64,000 bases of DNA, taken from contig JAFSTG010000044.1 of the NCBI GenBank assembly GCA_017450605.1, positions 3,130 through 67,129 on the forward strand, given 5' to 3'. The first letter of the stretch is position 1, and each line of letters begins with the position of its first letter. Source of the stretch: Paludibacteraceae bacterium. GTDB taxonomy: Bacteria; Bacteroidota; Bacteroidia; Bacteroidales; Paludibacteraceae. Positions 30,054 through 38,700 of the stretch are shown here, piece by piece. The position numbers were made by a program, and so were the translations under genes. Under the pieces are notes generated by a model, which worked only from the letters and a program-made list of their open reading frames with translations, was not told the origin of the DNA and made no database searches.

Positions 30054-30113
30054 AATAACAAAACATCTCTATAAACCTCGAGTAAACTCGATTTATAGAG
30101 ATGTTTTGTTATT
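30054..30113. terminator. long perfect hairpin, probable bidirectional terminator between trxA and tRNA-Arg
   Basis: aacaaaacatctctataaa (30057-30075) pairs perfectly with tttatagagatgttttgtt (30092-30110). An inner tcgag/ctcga stem is also present. The hairpin abuts the tRNA-Arg 3' end. Confidence 0.65.
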
Positions 30114-30114
30114 G

Positions 30115-30188
30115 TGATCCGGTCGGGATTCGAACCCGAGACCCACAGCTTAGAAGGCTGTTGCTCTATCCAGCTGAGCTACCAGACC
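30115..30188 (-). tRNA. tRNA-Arg (anticodon TCT)
   Basis: The reverse complement folds as acceptor GGTCTGG/CCGGATC, D arm GCTCAGCTGGATAGAGC, anticodon arm ACAGC-CTTCTAA-GCTGT, and T arm TCGGG-TTCGAAT-CCCGA. Confidence 0.88.
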
Positions 30189-30558
30189 AGCAAAAGGGCT
30201 TTCTTGGAAAAGCGCTGCAAAAATACAATAATTTTCTTAAATATGCAAATTGAGGTGATAATAGGGCAAACTATAAATGTATATTCTTTAGAAGAACCTC
30301 CCTAACCGCTCGAATTATTTTGAAGCAGTTGTCATTATTTACGTCAAAATAATTATATTTACGGTTTTGGCACGGAGTTTGCCTATATCAAGTAAATGAT
30401 AAAAGTTTCCCACATAAATAATCATAAATGATAATTGATGACAAATTTATGGCTAATTCATTACAATTTACGTACAAAAACAAACAAGAATTATAATTAA
30501 TTATTCATCGATTTTTCATAAATTATTATCTGATGTGGAAAGACGAGTAAAAAAACAA

Positions 30559-32055
30559 ATGATTTATAGTATTATGAAAAACTTTCTAAAAATAATCGGA
30601 ATTGTGTTGCTCACGGCATGTGTTAGTGCGGCAACCACTTTTTTTGTAGTTCGCAGTGTTAAACCATCTGTTCTAATAGGTCAATCAACCATTGAAGGGG
30701 ACTCGACTTCGCTTCCTCTTGCATACGCCCGTTTTGCATCGTTGCCTGAGGCGGGTGAGACGGATTTCACTCAAGCCGCTGAGTTGTCGGTTAATGCGGT
30801 GGTTCACGTTAAAACAACTTACAAGTCGCAGTACCAGTCGTTTTCTACCGACCCATTCCTTGAATTTTTCTTTGGTCGCCCTCAACAACGCGAGATGCCG
30901 GCTCAGATGGCAAGCGGTTCGGGTGTGATACTTACTAAGGATGGTTACATCGTAACTAATAACCATGTGATAGACAAGGCTGAAAAGATTGAGGTTGTAC
31001 TCAACGATAAGCGAGAGTTTACTGCTACTTTGGTCGGAACTGACCCTAACACCGATATCGCTTTGCTAAAAATTGAAGCAACAGACCTTCCTATCATTGC
31101 TATAGGTAACTCTGATGATTTACGTGTCGGAGAATGGGTTTTAGCAGTAGGTAATCCGTTTAACCTCACATCAACAGTAACAGCAGGAATAGTTTCTGCA
31201 AAGGCAAGAAATATCAATATTATATCTTCGGAAATGAAGATAGAGTCGTTTATTCAAACCGATGCAGCAGTTAACCCCGGTAACTCCGGAGGAGCCCTTG
31301 TCAATACACGTGGCGAATTGGTTGGTATTAACACCGCTATCGCATCACAAACAGGCTCGTATGCCGGTTATTCGTTTGCCGTTCCGACCTCGATAATGAC
31401 AAAGGTGGTATCTGATATTAAGCAATACGGTGTTGTACAACGTGCTATTCTTGGAGTACAGATACAAGAGATTACCGACCAGTTACAGAAGGAGAAGAGT
31501 TTGCCTACATTGCAAGGTGCTTATATTGCCGGTGTTGTTGATGGCAGTGCAGCGAAAGAAGCAGGTGTGCAGGTAGGCGATGTGGTAACGCATATCAACA
31601 ATCAGCATATCAACACTGCGTCTGAGTTGCAAGAGCAGATTGGTAGATATCGCCCCGGAGATAAAGTGGAACTTACAGTTCTTCGGGCCGGCAAGACGCT
31701 TACTCTTACCGCCGAACTGAAAAATAAGAACGGTGATACTTCGTTAGTGGAAAAAGATAAGGATGTTTCCGTTCTCGGAGCAGAGTTCCAGACTGTTGAC
31801 AATGCTGTTGCCCGTCAGTTAGGGTTGCGTAGCGGTGTCCAGATTAAATCGTTGGGGAAAGGTGCATTGGCGCAAGCTGGGATAAAGCAGGGTTTTATTA
31901 TAGTTAAGGCAAATGGCGAACGCGTAGGTTCTTCGTCTGAACTCAGAGCTATACTTAACAAGGCACTTCAAGGCGGCGACGACGAGCACGTTCTTTTCCT
32001 CTCGGGAATATATACTAACGGTCGTGTAGCACACTATGCCGTTCCGCTTGATTAA
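30559..32055 (+). CDS. Do/HtrA family serine endopeptidase with two PDZ domains
   Basis: Trypsin-like catalytic motifs (TNNHV, DIALLK, GNSGGAL) are followed by two PDZ-like segments. The start is ambiguous: GTG 30535, ATG 30559 or ATG 30574. Confidence 0.85.
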   Translation: MIYSIMKNFLKIIGIVLLTACVSAATTFFVVRSVKPSVLIGQSTIEGDSTSLPLAYARFASLPEAGETDFTQAAELSVNAVVHVKTTYKSQYQSFSTDPFLEFFFGRPQQREMPAQMASGSGVILTKDGYIVTNNHVIDKAEKIEVVLNDKREFTATLVGTDPNTDIALLKIEATDLPIIAIGNSDDLRVGEWVLAVGNPFNLTSTVTAGIVSAKARNINIISSEMKIESFIQTDAAVNPGNSGGALVNTRGELVGINTAIASQTGSYAGYSFAVPTSIMTKVVSDIKQYGVVQRAILGVQIQEITDQLQKEKSLPTLQGAYIAGVVDGSAAKEAGVQVGDVVTHINNQHINTASELQEQIGRYRPGDKVELTVLRAGKTLTLTAELKNKNGDTSLVEKDKDVSVLGAEFQTVDNAVARQLGLRSGVQIKSLGKGALAQAGIKQGFIIVKANGERVGSSSELRAILNKALQGGDDEHVLFLSGIYTNGRVAHYAVPLD

Positions 32056-32210
32056 TCGTGAATTAAAGCGAAAACGGGTTGAAAAATAGTGCTTGTATTT
32101 TGCAAGCACTATTTTCTATTTTTGCAATCCTTAGATATCAAAATAACCATATATGTATAATATTAAAAAATAAAATTCAGCAAAAATATTGTTGTATTGA
32201 AAAATATTGC

Positions 32211-32218
32211 TACCTTTG
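32211..32218 (+). promoter_or_regulatory. -7 box TACCTTTG upstream of rpoD
   Basis: Matches TAnnTTTG, 67 nt upstream of the ATG at 32285. Confidence 0.5.
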
Positions 32219-32284
32219 TTGGCTATTTTCGGTTAATAGCATTTTGCTGCAATGTTGCAGCATTAAAAAATCAAATGTTTAACT

Positions 32285-33145
32285 ATGAGACAGCTTAAAA
32301 TCACCAAGTCGATTACCAATCGTGAGAGTGCCTCTTTGGACAAGTATCTACAGGAGATTGGTCGCGAAGAACTTATTTCGGTTGACGAAGAGGTGGAACT
32401 TGCGCAGCGTATTCGTAATGGTGATCGTAAGGCTCTCGAGAAACTAACTCGTGCGAACCTTCGCTTCGTCGTTTCTGTCGCAAAACAGTATCAGAATCAG
32501 GGCTTATCACTTCCCGATTTGATAAATGAAGGTAATCTTGGCTTAATCAAGGCGGCTGAGAAATTCGACGAGACGAGAGGTTTCAAGTTTATTTCTTACG
32601 CAGTTTGGTGGATTCGTCAGTCTATTCTCCAAGCATTGGCTGAGCAGGCTCGTATTGTTAGGCTCCCGCTAAATCAAGTGGGTTCGCTTAACAAGATTAA
32701 CAAGGCTTTTTCTCGTTTTGAGCAAGAGCACGAGCGTAAGCCTTCGGCCGAGGAATTGGCAGAAGAGTTGGAGATACCCGTCGATAAGATTGCTGACACG
32801 CTAAAGATGTCGGGAAGGCATGTGAGTGTGGATGCGCCTTTCGTAGAAGGAGAGGATAATAGTCTGATTGACGTGATGGTAAACGAGGATTCGCCAAATG
32901 CCGATAGGGGTCTTATTAACGAGTCGCTCTCAACAGAGATTGACCGTGCACTTGAGACTCTCACCCCTCGTGAGGCTGATATTATTCGCAAGTTTTTCGG
33001 TATAGGTATGCCGGAAATGACTCTTGAGGAGATAGGCGATGAGCTGAACTTGACACGTGAGCGAGTAAGGCAGATAAAGGAAAAAGCAATTCGTCGTCTG
33101 CGTAATAACTCGAGAAGCAAAATGCTTAAAACTTATTTGGGTTGA
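32285..33145 (+). CDS. rpoD: RNA polymerase primary sigma factor (short Bacteroidota sigma-A type)
   Basis: 286 aa with sigma-70 regions 2-4 ([51 protein letters not shown]). Confidence 0.9.
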   Translation: MRQLKITKSITNRESASLDKYLQEIGREELISVDEEVELAQRIRNGDRKALEKLTRANLRFVVSVAKQYQNQGLSLPDLINEGNLGLIKAAEKFDETRGFKFISYAVWWIRQSILQALAEQARIVRLPLNQVGSLNKINKAFSRFEQEHERKPSAEELAEELEIPVDKIADTLKMSGRHVSVDAPFVEGEDNSLIDVMVNEDSPNADRGLINESLSTEIDRALETLTPREADIIRKFFGIGMPEMTLEEIGDELNLTRERVRQIKEKAIRRLRNNSRSKMLKTYLG

Positions 33146-33329
33146 AGTATTGGCGGCAAAGATGGAATATCCGCTATGCCAACCGAAGCAAAGAGATGCC
33201 GCGAGGTGTCTCTTTCTTTTAGGTCGTAAGTTGTAGGTAATACATGACAAGATTGTTAGCGAATGATAGATTTTTTCAAGTTTTTAGTAAAAAAATGACT
33301 ACATGTTTGCGTGGTAAAAAAAAAATGTG

Positions 33330-33337
33330 TAATTTTG
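33330..33337 (+). promoter_or_regulatory. -7 box TAATTTTG
   Basis: Matches TAnnTTTG, 24 nt upstream of the ATG at 33361. This supports the shorter start. Confidence 0.5.
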
Positions 33338-33360
33338 CCGCGTATTATTTTGCGCGAATA

Positions 33361-34281
33361 ATGAAAACAAGAAGAAATATCGTATTGTTATTGGCATTAT
33401 GCATGCTTGTTCCGAATGCAGGTGCAGTGTTGCGTCGTAGTGGTGGCAAGACATGGTCGTCGTTTATGGATAATAGAGGTTTGTATGGTCGTGGTTTAGG
33501 TCAGTCTCCTCATACTCTGTCAATAGTGTTTGCCCCAAACTTTTATTCAGGTGATGTGGAATTGCCCGGTAATCTGCTTACGGGGCATAAGGATCACGCT
33601 GCTTCGAATCTATATACTCCTTTTGGCACCAACAACGGTTTTATGAATAGCGTTGGTTTTGCCGGAGCGCTTCAATATACTTATCGTCATACTAAGTATA
33701 TAGCCTATCGCGTTCAAGTGATGGGTGGTACATTGAAGGGGCATACCGAGTTTACTCGTCCGCATGAGAACTCGGCTAAGATGCACTATCATAATATGTT
33801 CATTCGCGATTTCCGTTCGGTGTTCTTCGAGTATGGTGCCGGTGTGGAAATCTATCCTGCTCCCAATGCCGGTTTCTTCCTCTATATTGGTGCTGCAGCT
33901 ACCACAAGTATGATAACTCGTAACTATGAGTCGTGGAGTAGCGAGAAACGAACAGAGGCTTACGATGCCCCCACATCGAAGAGTGCTTACACCAAAAGTT
34001 TCAGTCTGCCGGCCGACGAACAGAAGATAGTATGTACCGTACCCACTATACCTGTTGGCTTGGGCTATAAGTGGAATATCAAAAGTTTGCAAGTTGGCGT
34101 TGAGCTGATGTGGCATCCTGCAGTTGTTGATATGCACAAGATGAATCTTGATGGTTGGATTTCCGGTCATGTGGATGAAAAAGGTTACGACCGTTATCCT
34201 AACGAAAAATCAACCAACCGTTGGGCTGATAGTTTCTTTGAATTGGGTATTAGTGTAGGATATCGTATTCCTACGAGATAA
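33361..34281 (+). CDS. secreted/outer-membrane hypothetical protein
   Basis: About 306 aa from the internal ATG. Signal peptide MKTRRNIVLLLALCMLVPNAGA and Gly/aromatic-rich beta-type composition. Confidence 0.5.
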   Translation: MKTRRNIVLLLALCMLVPNAGAVLRRSGGKTWSSFMDNRGLYGRGLGQSPHTLSIVFAPNFYSGDVELPGNLLTGHKDHAASNLYTPFGTNNGFMNSVGFAGALQYTYRHTKYIAYRVQVMGGTLKGHTEFTRPHENSAKMHYHNMFIRDFRSVFFEYGAGVEIYPAPNAGFFLYIGAAATTSMITRNYESWSSEKRTEAYDAPTSKSAYTKSFSLPADEQKIVCTVPTIPVGLGYKWNIKSLQVGVELMWHPAVVDMHKMNLDGWISGHVDEKGYDRYPNEKSTNRWADSFFELGISVGYRIPTR

Positions 34282-34287
34282 TAGCAC

Positions 34288-35529
34288 TTGTTAGTGTCGT
34301 CGGTAGTGGCAAACAAGCGTAAAATAATCAACGACCCTGTATTCGGGTTTATTTCAATACCTAACGATTTAGTGTTCGATGTGTTGCAGCACCCCTATGT
34401 GCAGCGTCTTAGTCGTATCCGGCAGTTAGGTCTCAGCAATTTTGTTTATCCGGGTGCCGTTCACACTCGTTTTCTTCATTCGATAGGGGCAATGTCGCTC
34501 ATGCAGGATGCTATAGCCGTTCTGCGTCAGAAGGGGATAGAAATATCTCATGCAGAGAGTATTGCGGCGCAAGTGGCTATATTGCTTCACGATGTAGGGC
34601 ATGGACCGTTCTCGCATGTACTTGAGAATACATTGGTACGCGGACTGAGTCATGAGCAGGTGTCGCTGCGTATGATGCAGAAAATAAACGAACAGATGCA
34701 GGATAAGTTGAGCCTTGCAATACAGATTTTTACCGATGAGTATAGTCGTCATTTCCTGCATCAGCTGATATCCTCTCAACTCGACGTTGACCGCTTGGAT
34801 TATCTTTGTCGCGATTCGTTTTTTTGCGGAGTTAGCGAGGGGACAGTGGCTTCCGCCCGTATTCTTAAGATGCTCAATGTGCTCGACGACAGGTTGGTAG
34901 TCGAATCGAAAGGTATATATTCGATTGAGAAATTTTTAGTGGCTCGCCGACTGATGTATTGGCAGGTGTATTTGCATAAGACATCGGTGGCAGCCGAGCA
35001 ACAACTTATATATATATTGCGTCGTGCTAAAGACTTGGCACATAAGGGGCAAGACTTGTTCGCTTCCGATGCTTTGCGATTTTTCCTGTATGAGGATGTT
35101 TCAGCTACTGATTTCTTGACCGACGATTCGGTCCTTGATAAGTATGCTTTGCTCGACGACTCAGATGTACTCTCGGCAGTTAAGCAATGGCAGAACACAG
35201 GCGATGTGGTATTATCAACCCTCTCTCGCGGTTTTACAAACCGTTGTCTGTTTAAGGCTCGTATGTCGGAGTCGCCTCTGACGGAGCAGGAACGCAAAGA
35301 GTTGCGAGAGCAATATGCTCGTCATTTCGGAATCGATGAGCAGCAAGCGTGCTACTTTTTCGATGAGTATTCGGTGTCGAAAGATACATATTCGCCGCGC
35401 GACGATTCGATAGATATTCTTTTTGCGGATGGAACGACGAAAGATATATCTCAGGCAAGCGACATGCTCAATCTGCGTATGTTGACCCGTCGTGCAGTGA
35501 AACATTACTTGTTTTATTATAAGATATGA
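34288..35529 (+). CDS. HD-domain phosphohydrolase (dNTP triphosphohydrolase-like)
   Basis: 413 aa; TTG start in the track. Has RFLHSIGA and LLHDVGHGPFSH metal-binding motifs plus DVDRLDYL. Confidence 0.75.
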   Translation: MLVSSVVANKRKIINDPVFGFISIPNDLVFDVLQHPYVQRLSRIRQLGLSNFVYPGAVHTRFLHSIGAMSLMQDAIAVLRQKGIEISHAESIAAQVAILLHDVGHGPFSHVLENTLVRGLSHEQVSLRMMQKINEQMQDKLSLAIQIFTDEYSRHFLHQLISSQLDVDRLDYLCRDSFFCGVSEGTVASARILKMLNVLDDRLVVESKGIYSIEKFLVARRLMYWQVYLHKTSVAAEQQLIYILRRAKDLAHKGQDLFASDALRFFLYEDVSATDFLTDDSVLDKYALLDDSDVLSAVKQWQNTGDVVLSTLSRGFTNRCLFKARMSESPLTEQERKELREQYARHFGIDEQQACYFFDEYSVSKDTYSPRDDSIDILFADGTTKDISQASDMLNLRMLTRRAVKHYLFYYKI

Positions 35530-35585
35530 TTGCTCGTCCATAGTATATGAGATTTGTATATGATTGGCAATAAAATTTTTATGTT

Positions 35586-36622
35586 ATGGGACTCAGTTTT
35601 TCGGCTCAAGAGATAGCAAGTGTAATAAGAGGTGAAATTATCGGCAATGCCACCATTCAGGTAGGTGATGTTAGTCGGATAGAGCAATTAAAAGAAGGTA
35701 CACTCTCTTTTATAACAGATGCAAAATATATGCATTATCTTGGTGTGGCACCTTCTTGTGTTGTACTTTTGTCTCGAAGTTTATATACGTCTGATATTAC
35801 TACTGCTGCCACTCTTATTTTAGTGGATAATGCTCGTGGAGCGATGGCTCAGTTGCTTACCGTTGTAGAGTCGCAACTCACACCGCATCGTAGCGGGGTT
35901 GAGCAGCCTGTGTTTGTGGCAGTTGGTGTTGAGGTGCCCGACGACGCTTACATAGGTGCCTTTACTTACATCGGGAAAATGTGAAAATAGGTTGCGGCGT
36001 ACAGATATATCCGCAGGTTTATATTGGCGACAATGTGGTGATAGGCGACGGGTGCATCATATATGCCGGTGTTAAGATATATCACGATTGCACGGTAGGT
36101 AGGAATTGTATATTGCATAGCGGTGTCGTTATAGGTGCGGATGGTTTCGGTTTCGAACCGGATGCCGAGGGCATAAACCGCAAGATTCCTCAGTTGGGTA
36201 ATGTGATTATAGAAGATGATGTGGAGGTGGGTGCCAATACTACTATCGACCGCGCTATGATGGGTTCAACCATTGTGCGTTATAATACGAAGATAGATAA
36301 TCTTGTTCAGGTAGCGCATAATGTTACAGTTGGCGAATCTACCTTCCTTTGCTCGCAAGTGGGCATTGCCGGATCTTCCTCTATAGGTTCACATTGTGTG
36401 TTGGCTGGTCAGGTAGGTGTGGCAGGGCATTTGCAGATTACCGATAATTGTATATTCGGTGCAAAGACCGGAGTGCCTTCTTCGATTCGCAAACCCGGTA
36501 TGTATCAGGGTTATCCCGCTATAGATGCCGCTATATGGCGTCGTGCTGTGGTGGGGTTTAAGAACTTGCCTCAGATGTTGCGCCTGATGAACAGGTTGGA
36601 GGCAGCCGAGAAAAACAAATGA
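35586..36622 (+). pseudogene. lpxD: UDP-3-O-acylglucosamine N-acyltransferase (LpxD) interrupted by a 1-nt frameshift
   Basis: The 132-aa N-terminal ORF (35586-35984) and the 213-aa left-handed beta-helix ORF (35981-36622) sum to a normal LpxD length. The reading ...AFTYIG|[12 protein letters not shown]... is restored by adding one nt in the gggaaaa run at 35973-35979. Confidence 0.8.
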
Positions 36623-36625
36623 TTT

Positions 36626-37537
36626 ATGAGAAACCAAAATACAATAAAAAAAGAATTTACTTTATCAGGAAAGGGACTGCATACCGGATTGTTTATTCAT
36701 GCTAATTTCCGCCCCTTGCCTGCCGATAGCGGCATTCGTATTGCTCGTGTTGATTTGCCCCAATGTCCTACGTTTTCGGCTATTGCTGAATATGTGTCGG
36801 CAACCGAAAGAGGAACAGTGTTGTCATCAGGAGAGTGGCGGGTCTCAACCGTTGAACATGTGTTGTCTGCTCTTTATGCTCTTGATATAGATAACTGTCT
36901 GATTGAAGTAGATGCTCCAGAAATGCCTATTCTTGATGGATCAGCGGCATATATAGTGGATGCAATAAATGCCGTTGGACTGCAAGAACAGGAAGCCCTA
37001 TGCAGAGAAGTCGTTATAGATAAGAGTATTGAATTCTCTAATCCTGCTACGGGTAGTGTTTTCACTCTCGAGCCGTCAGATAAGTTGAGTTTCGAAGTGG
37101 AGATAGATTTTCAATCGCCGGTGCTATCGAGGCAGAAGGCAGTAATTGGGGATATGAGTTTCTACAAAGAACAAGTGGCCTCTGCCCGAACATTCTGCTT
37201 TTTGCGCGAGATAGGTCCGTTGCTACAGATGGGCTATATAAAAGGTGGAGACCTGCAAAATGCCGTAGTTATTTATGATGAACCGATGGAGCAGGAGCAG
37301 TTTGATGCTTTCGCCCGTTCGCTTGGCGCATATACCCAGCATGATGCTTCGCGTTTGGGGTATCTCACTCCGCTCCATTATAGCAACGAGCCGGCTTTGC
37401 ATAAACTGCTTGATTTGATAGGTGACCTATCGCTTGTTGGCACACGTTTTGTCGGAAAAGTGAAGGCATACCGCCCAGGGCACACATCCAACACTAAGTT
37501 CGCCCAGAAGATAAGAGAACAGATAATAATGCAATAA
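36626..37537 (+). CDS. lpxC: UDP-3-O-acyl-N-acetylglucosamine deacetylase (stand-alone LpxC, no FabZ domain)
   Basis: 303 aa with GKGLHTG, STVEHVLSAL and HKLLDLIGDL motifs. The stop is at 37535-37537, 22 nt before lpxA. Confidence 0.85.
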   Translation: MRNQNTIKKEFTLSGKGLHTGLFIHANFRPLPADSGIRIARVDLPQCPTFSAIAEYVSATERGTVLSSGEWRVSTVEHVLSALYALDIDNCLIEVDAPEMPILDGSAAYIVDAINAVGLQEQEALCREVVIDKSIEFSNPATGSVFTLEPSDKLSFEVEIDFQSPVLSRQKAVIGDMSFYKEQVASARTFCFLREIGPLLQMGYIKGGDLQNAVVIYDEPMEQEQFDAFARSLGAYTQHDASRLGYLTPLHYSNEPALHKLLDLIGDLSLVGTRFVGKVKAYRPGHTSNTKFAQKIREQIIMQ

Positions 37538-37559
37538 CTCTAAAAGAAAATAACTATTT

Positions 37560-38342
37560 ATGAAACAACCTTTAGCATATATTCATCCCAATGCAAAGAT
37601 TCATCCGTCGGTTATTATCGATCCTTTTGTGTGCATAGAGGGGAATGTAGAGATAGGAGCCGGTACTCGTATCGGTTCTAATGTAACAATATGTGAAGGC
37701 ACGCGTATAGGCAAAAACTGTACTATCTTTCCCGGAGCGGTGGTTGGTGCCATACCTCAAGACCTAAAGTTCCAAGGAGAAGATAGTCTCGTCATTATCG
37801 GCGATAACACAGTGCTTCGCGAGTTTGTTACCGTGCATCGTGGCACAGCCTCTCGCGGGAAAACAGTGGTAGGTAGCAATTGCCTTATAATGGCGTATTG
37901 CCATGTGGCTCACGATTGTATTCTTGGCAATAATATCATTATGTCGAATGCTACTCAGTTAGCAGGTGAAGTGGTGATAGGCGATTATGCCGTGATAGGC
38001 GGAGGTACACTTGTTCATCAGTTTACCCGTATTGGTGCACACGTAATGATACAGGGCGGCTCGAAGGTTAACAAAGATATACCGCCTTATATCACCGCCG
38101 CACGCGAGCCTATCCAATATTGCGGCATCAATTCCATCGGTCTGCGCCGCCGCGGATTTACTAACGAGCAGATTCATTCTATTCAGAGTACTTACCGTGT
38201 GATATATCAGTCGGCACTTAATGTATCACAAGCGATGGAGCGGATAGAGGAGGAAATCGACAGCACTGTCGAACGCGACGAGATTATACTTTTCATTCGC
38301 AATTCGCCAAGAGGTATATGCCGAGGCGGAAAAGAATTGTAA
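37560..38342 (+). CDS. lpxA: acyl-ACP--UDP-N-acetylglucosamine O-acyltransferase
   Basis: 260 aa with hexapeptide repeats throughout the N-terminal two thirds and an LpxA-type C-terminal helical domain. Confidence 0.88.
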   Translation: MKQPLAYIHPNAKIHPSVIIDPFVCIEGNVEIGAGTRIGSNVTICEGTRIGKNCTIFPGAVVGAIPQDLKFQGEDSLVIIGDNTVLREFVTVHRGTASRGKTVVGSNCLIMAYCHVAHDCILGNNIIMSNATQLAGEVVIGDYAVIGGGTLVHQFTRIGAHVMIQGGSKVNKDIPPYITAAREPIQYCGINSIGLRRRGFTNEQIHSIQSTYRVIYQSALNVSQAMERIEEEIDSTVERDEIILFIRNSPRGICRGGKEL

Positions 38343-38371
38343 TAGTTTTTTGTTGTTTCAAAAAAATATTG

Positions 38372-38379
38372 TACCTTTG
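38372..38379 (+). promoter_or_regulatory. -7 box TACCTTTG upstream of tRNA-Leu
   Basis: Matches TAnnTTTG, 24 nt upstream of the tRNA 5' end. Confidence 0.5.
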
Positions 38380-38402
38380 CGCCCGAAAATTAAAAGTTTT
38401 CT

Positions 38403-38488
38403 GCCGCGATGGTGGAATCGGTAGACACGAAGGACTTAAAATCCTTTGGCCCGAAACGGCTGTGTGGGTTCAAGTCCCACTCGCGGTA
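38403..38488 (+). tRNA. tRNA-Leu (anticodon TAA), class II with long variable arm
   Basis: GCCGCGATGGTGGAATCGGTAGACAC..AAGGA-CTTAAAA-TCCTT..long variable arm..GGGTTCAAGTCCCAC-TCGCGGTA. The layout resembles canonical bacterial tRNA-Leu(UAA). Confidence 0.9.
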
Positions 38489-38501
38489 CTAAGAAACGGA
38501 A

Positions 38502-38544
38502 AAACAAAGTATGCAAGTTTTCTTGATATGCTTTGTTTTTTTTT
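38502..38544 (+). terminator. intrinsic terminator after tRNA-Leu
   Basis: Imperfect hairpin aaacaaagtatgcaag / cttgatatgctttgttt followed by a run of 9 T. Confidence 0.6.
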
Positions 38545-38577
38545 GTATTTTGTAAGTGTGTGTCATGACTTTGGCAG

Positions 38578-38598
38578 AAGTCCCACTCGCGGTACTAA
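38578..38598 (+). repeat. 21-bp perfect direct copy of the tRNA-Leu 3' end (att-like scar)
   Basis: aagtcccactcgcggtactaa occurs at 38472-38492, inside and just past the tRNA, and again at 38578-38598. Confidence 0.9.
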
Positions 38599-38600
38599 AA

Positions 38601-38640
38601 AGCCCACTAAGCAAACAAAATGCTCAGTGGGCTTTCTTTT
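38601..38640 (+). terminator. second intrinsic terminator, following the tRNA 3'-end copy
   Basis: agcccact ... agtgggct stem followed by TTCTTTT. Confidence 0.55.
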
Positions 38641-38700
38641 GTGTTCTGATAATGACGCTTTATAACATCTGCCTATGGTGAATTGATAACTATAAGCAGT

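Noticed and set aside
30114-30305. 63-aa plus-strand ORF from the track
   Set aside because: Its first 75 nt are the reverse complement of tRNA-Arg(TCT). The rest is AT-rich intergenic sequence, so it is a spurious ORF.
38318-38665. 115-aa plus-strand ORF from the track
   Set aside because: It reads straight through tRNA-Leu, both terminators and the duplicated tRNA 3' end, so it is not a gene.
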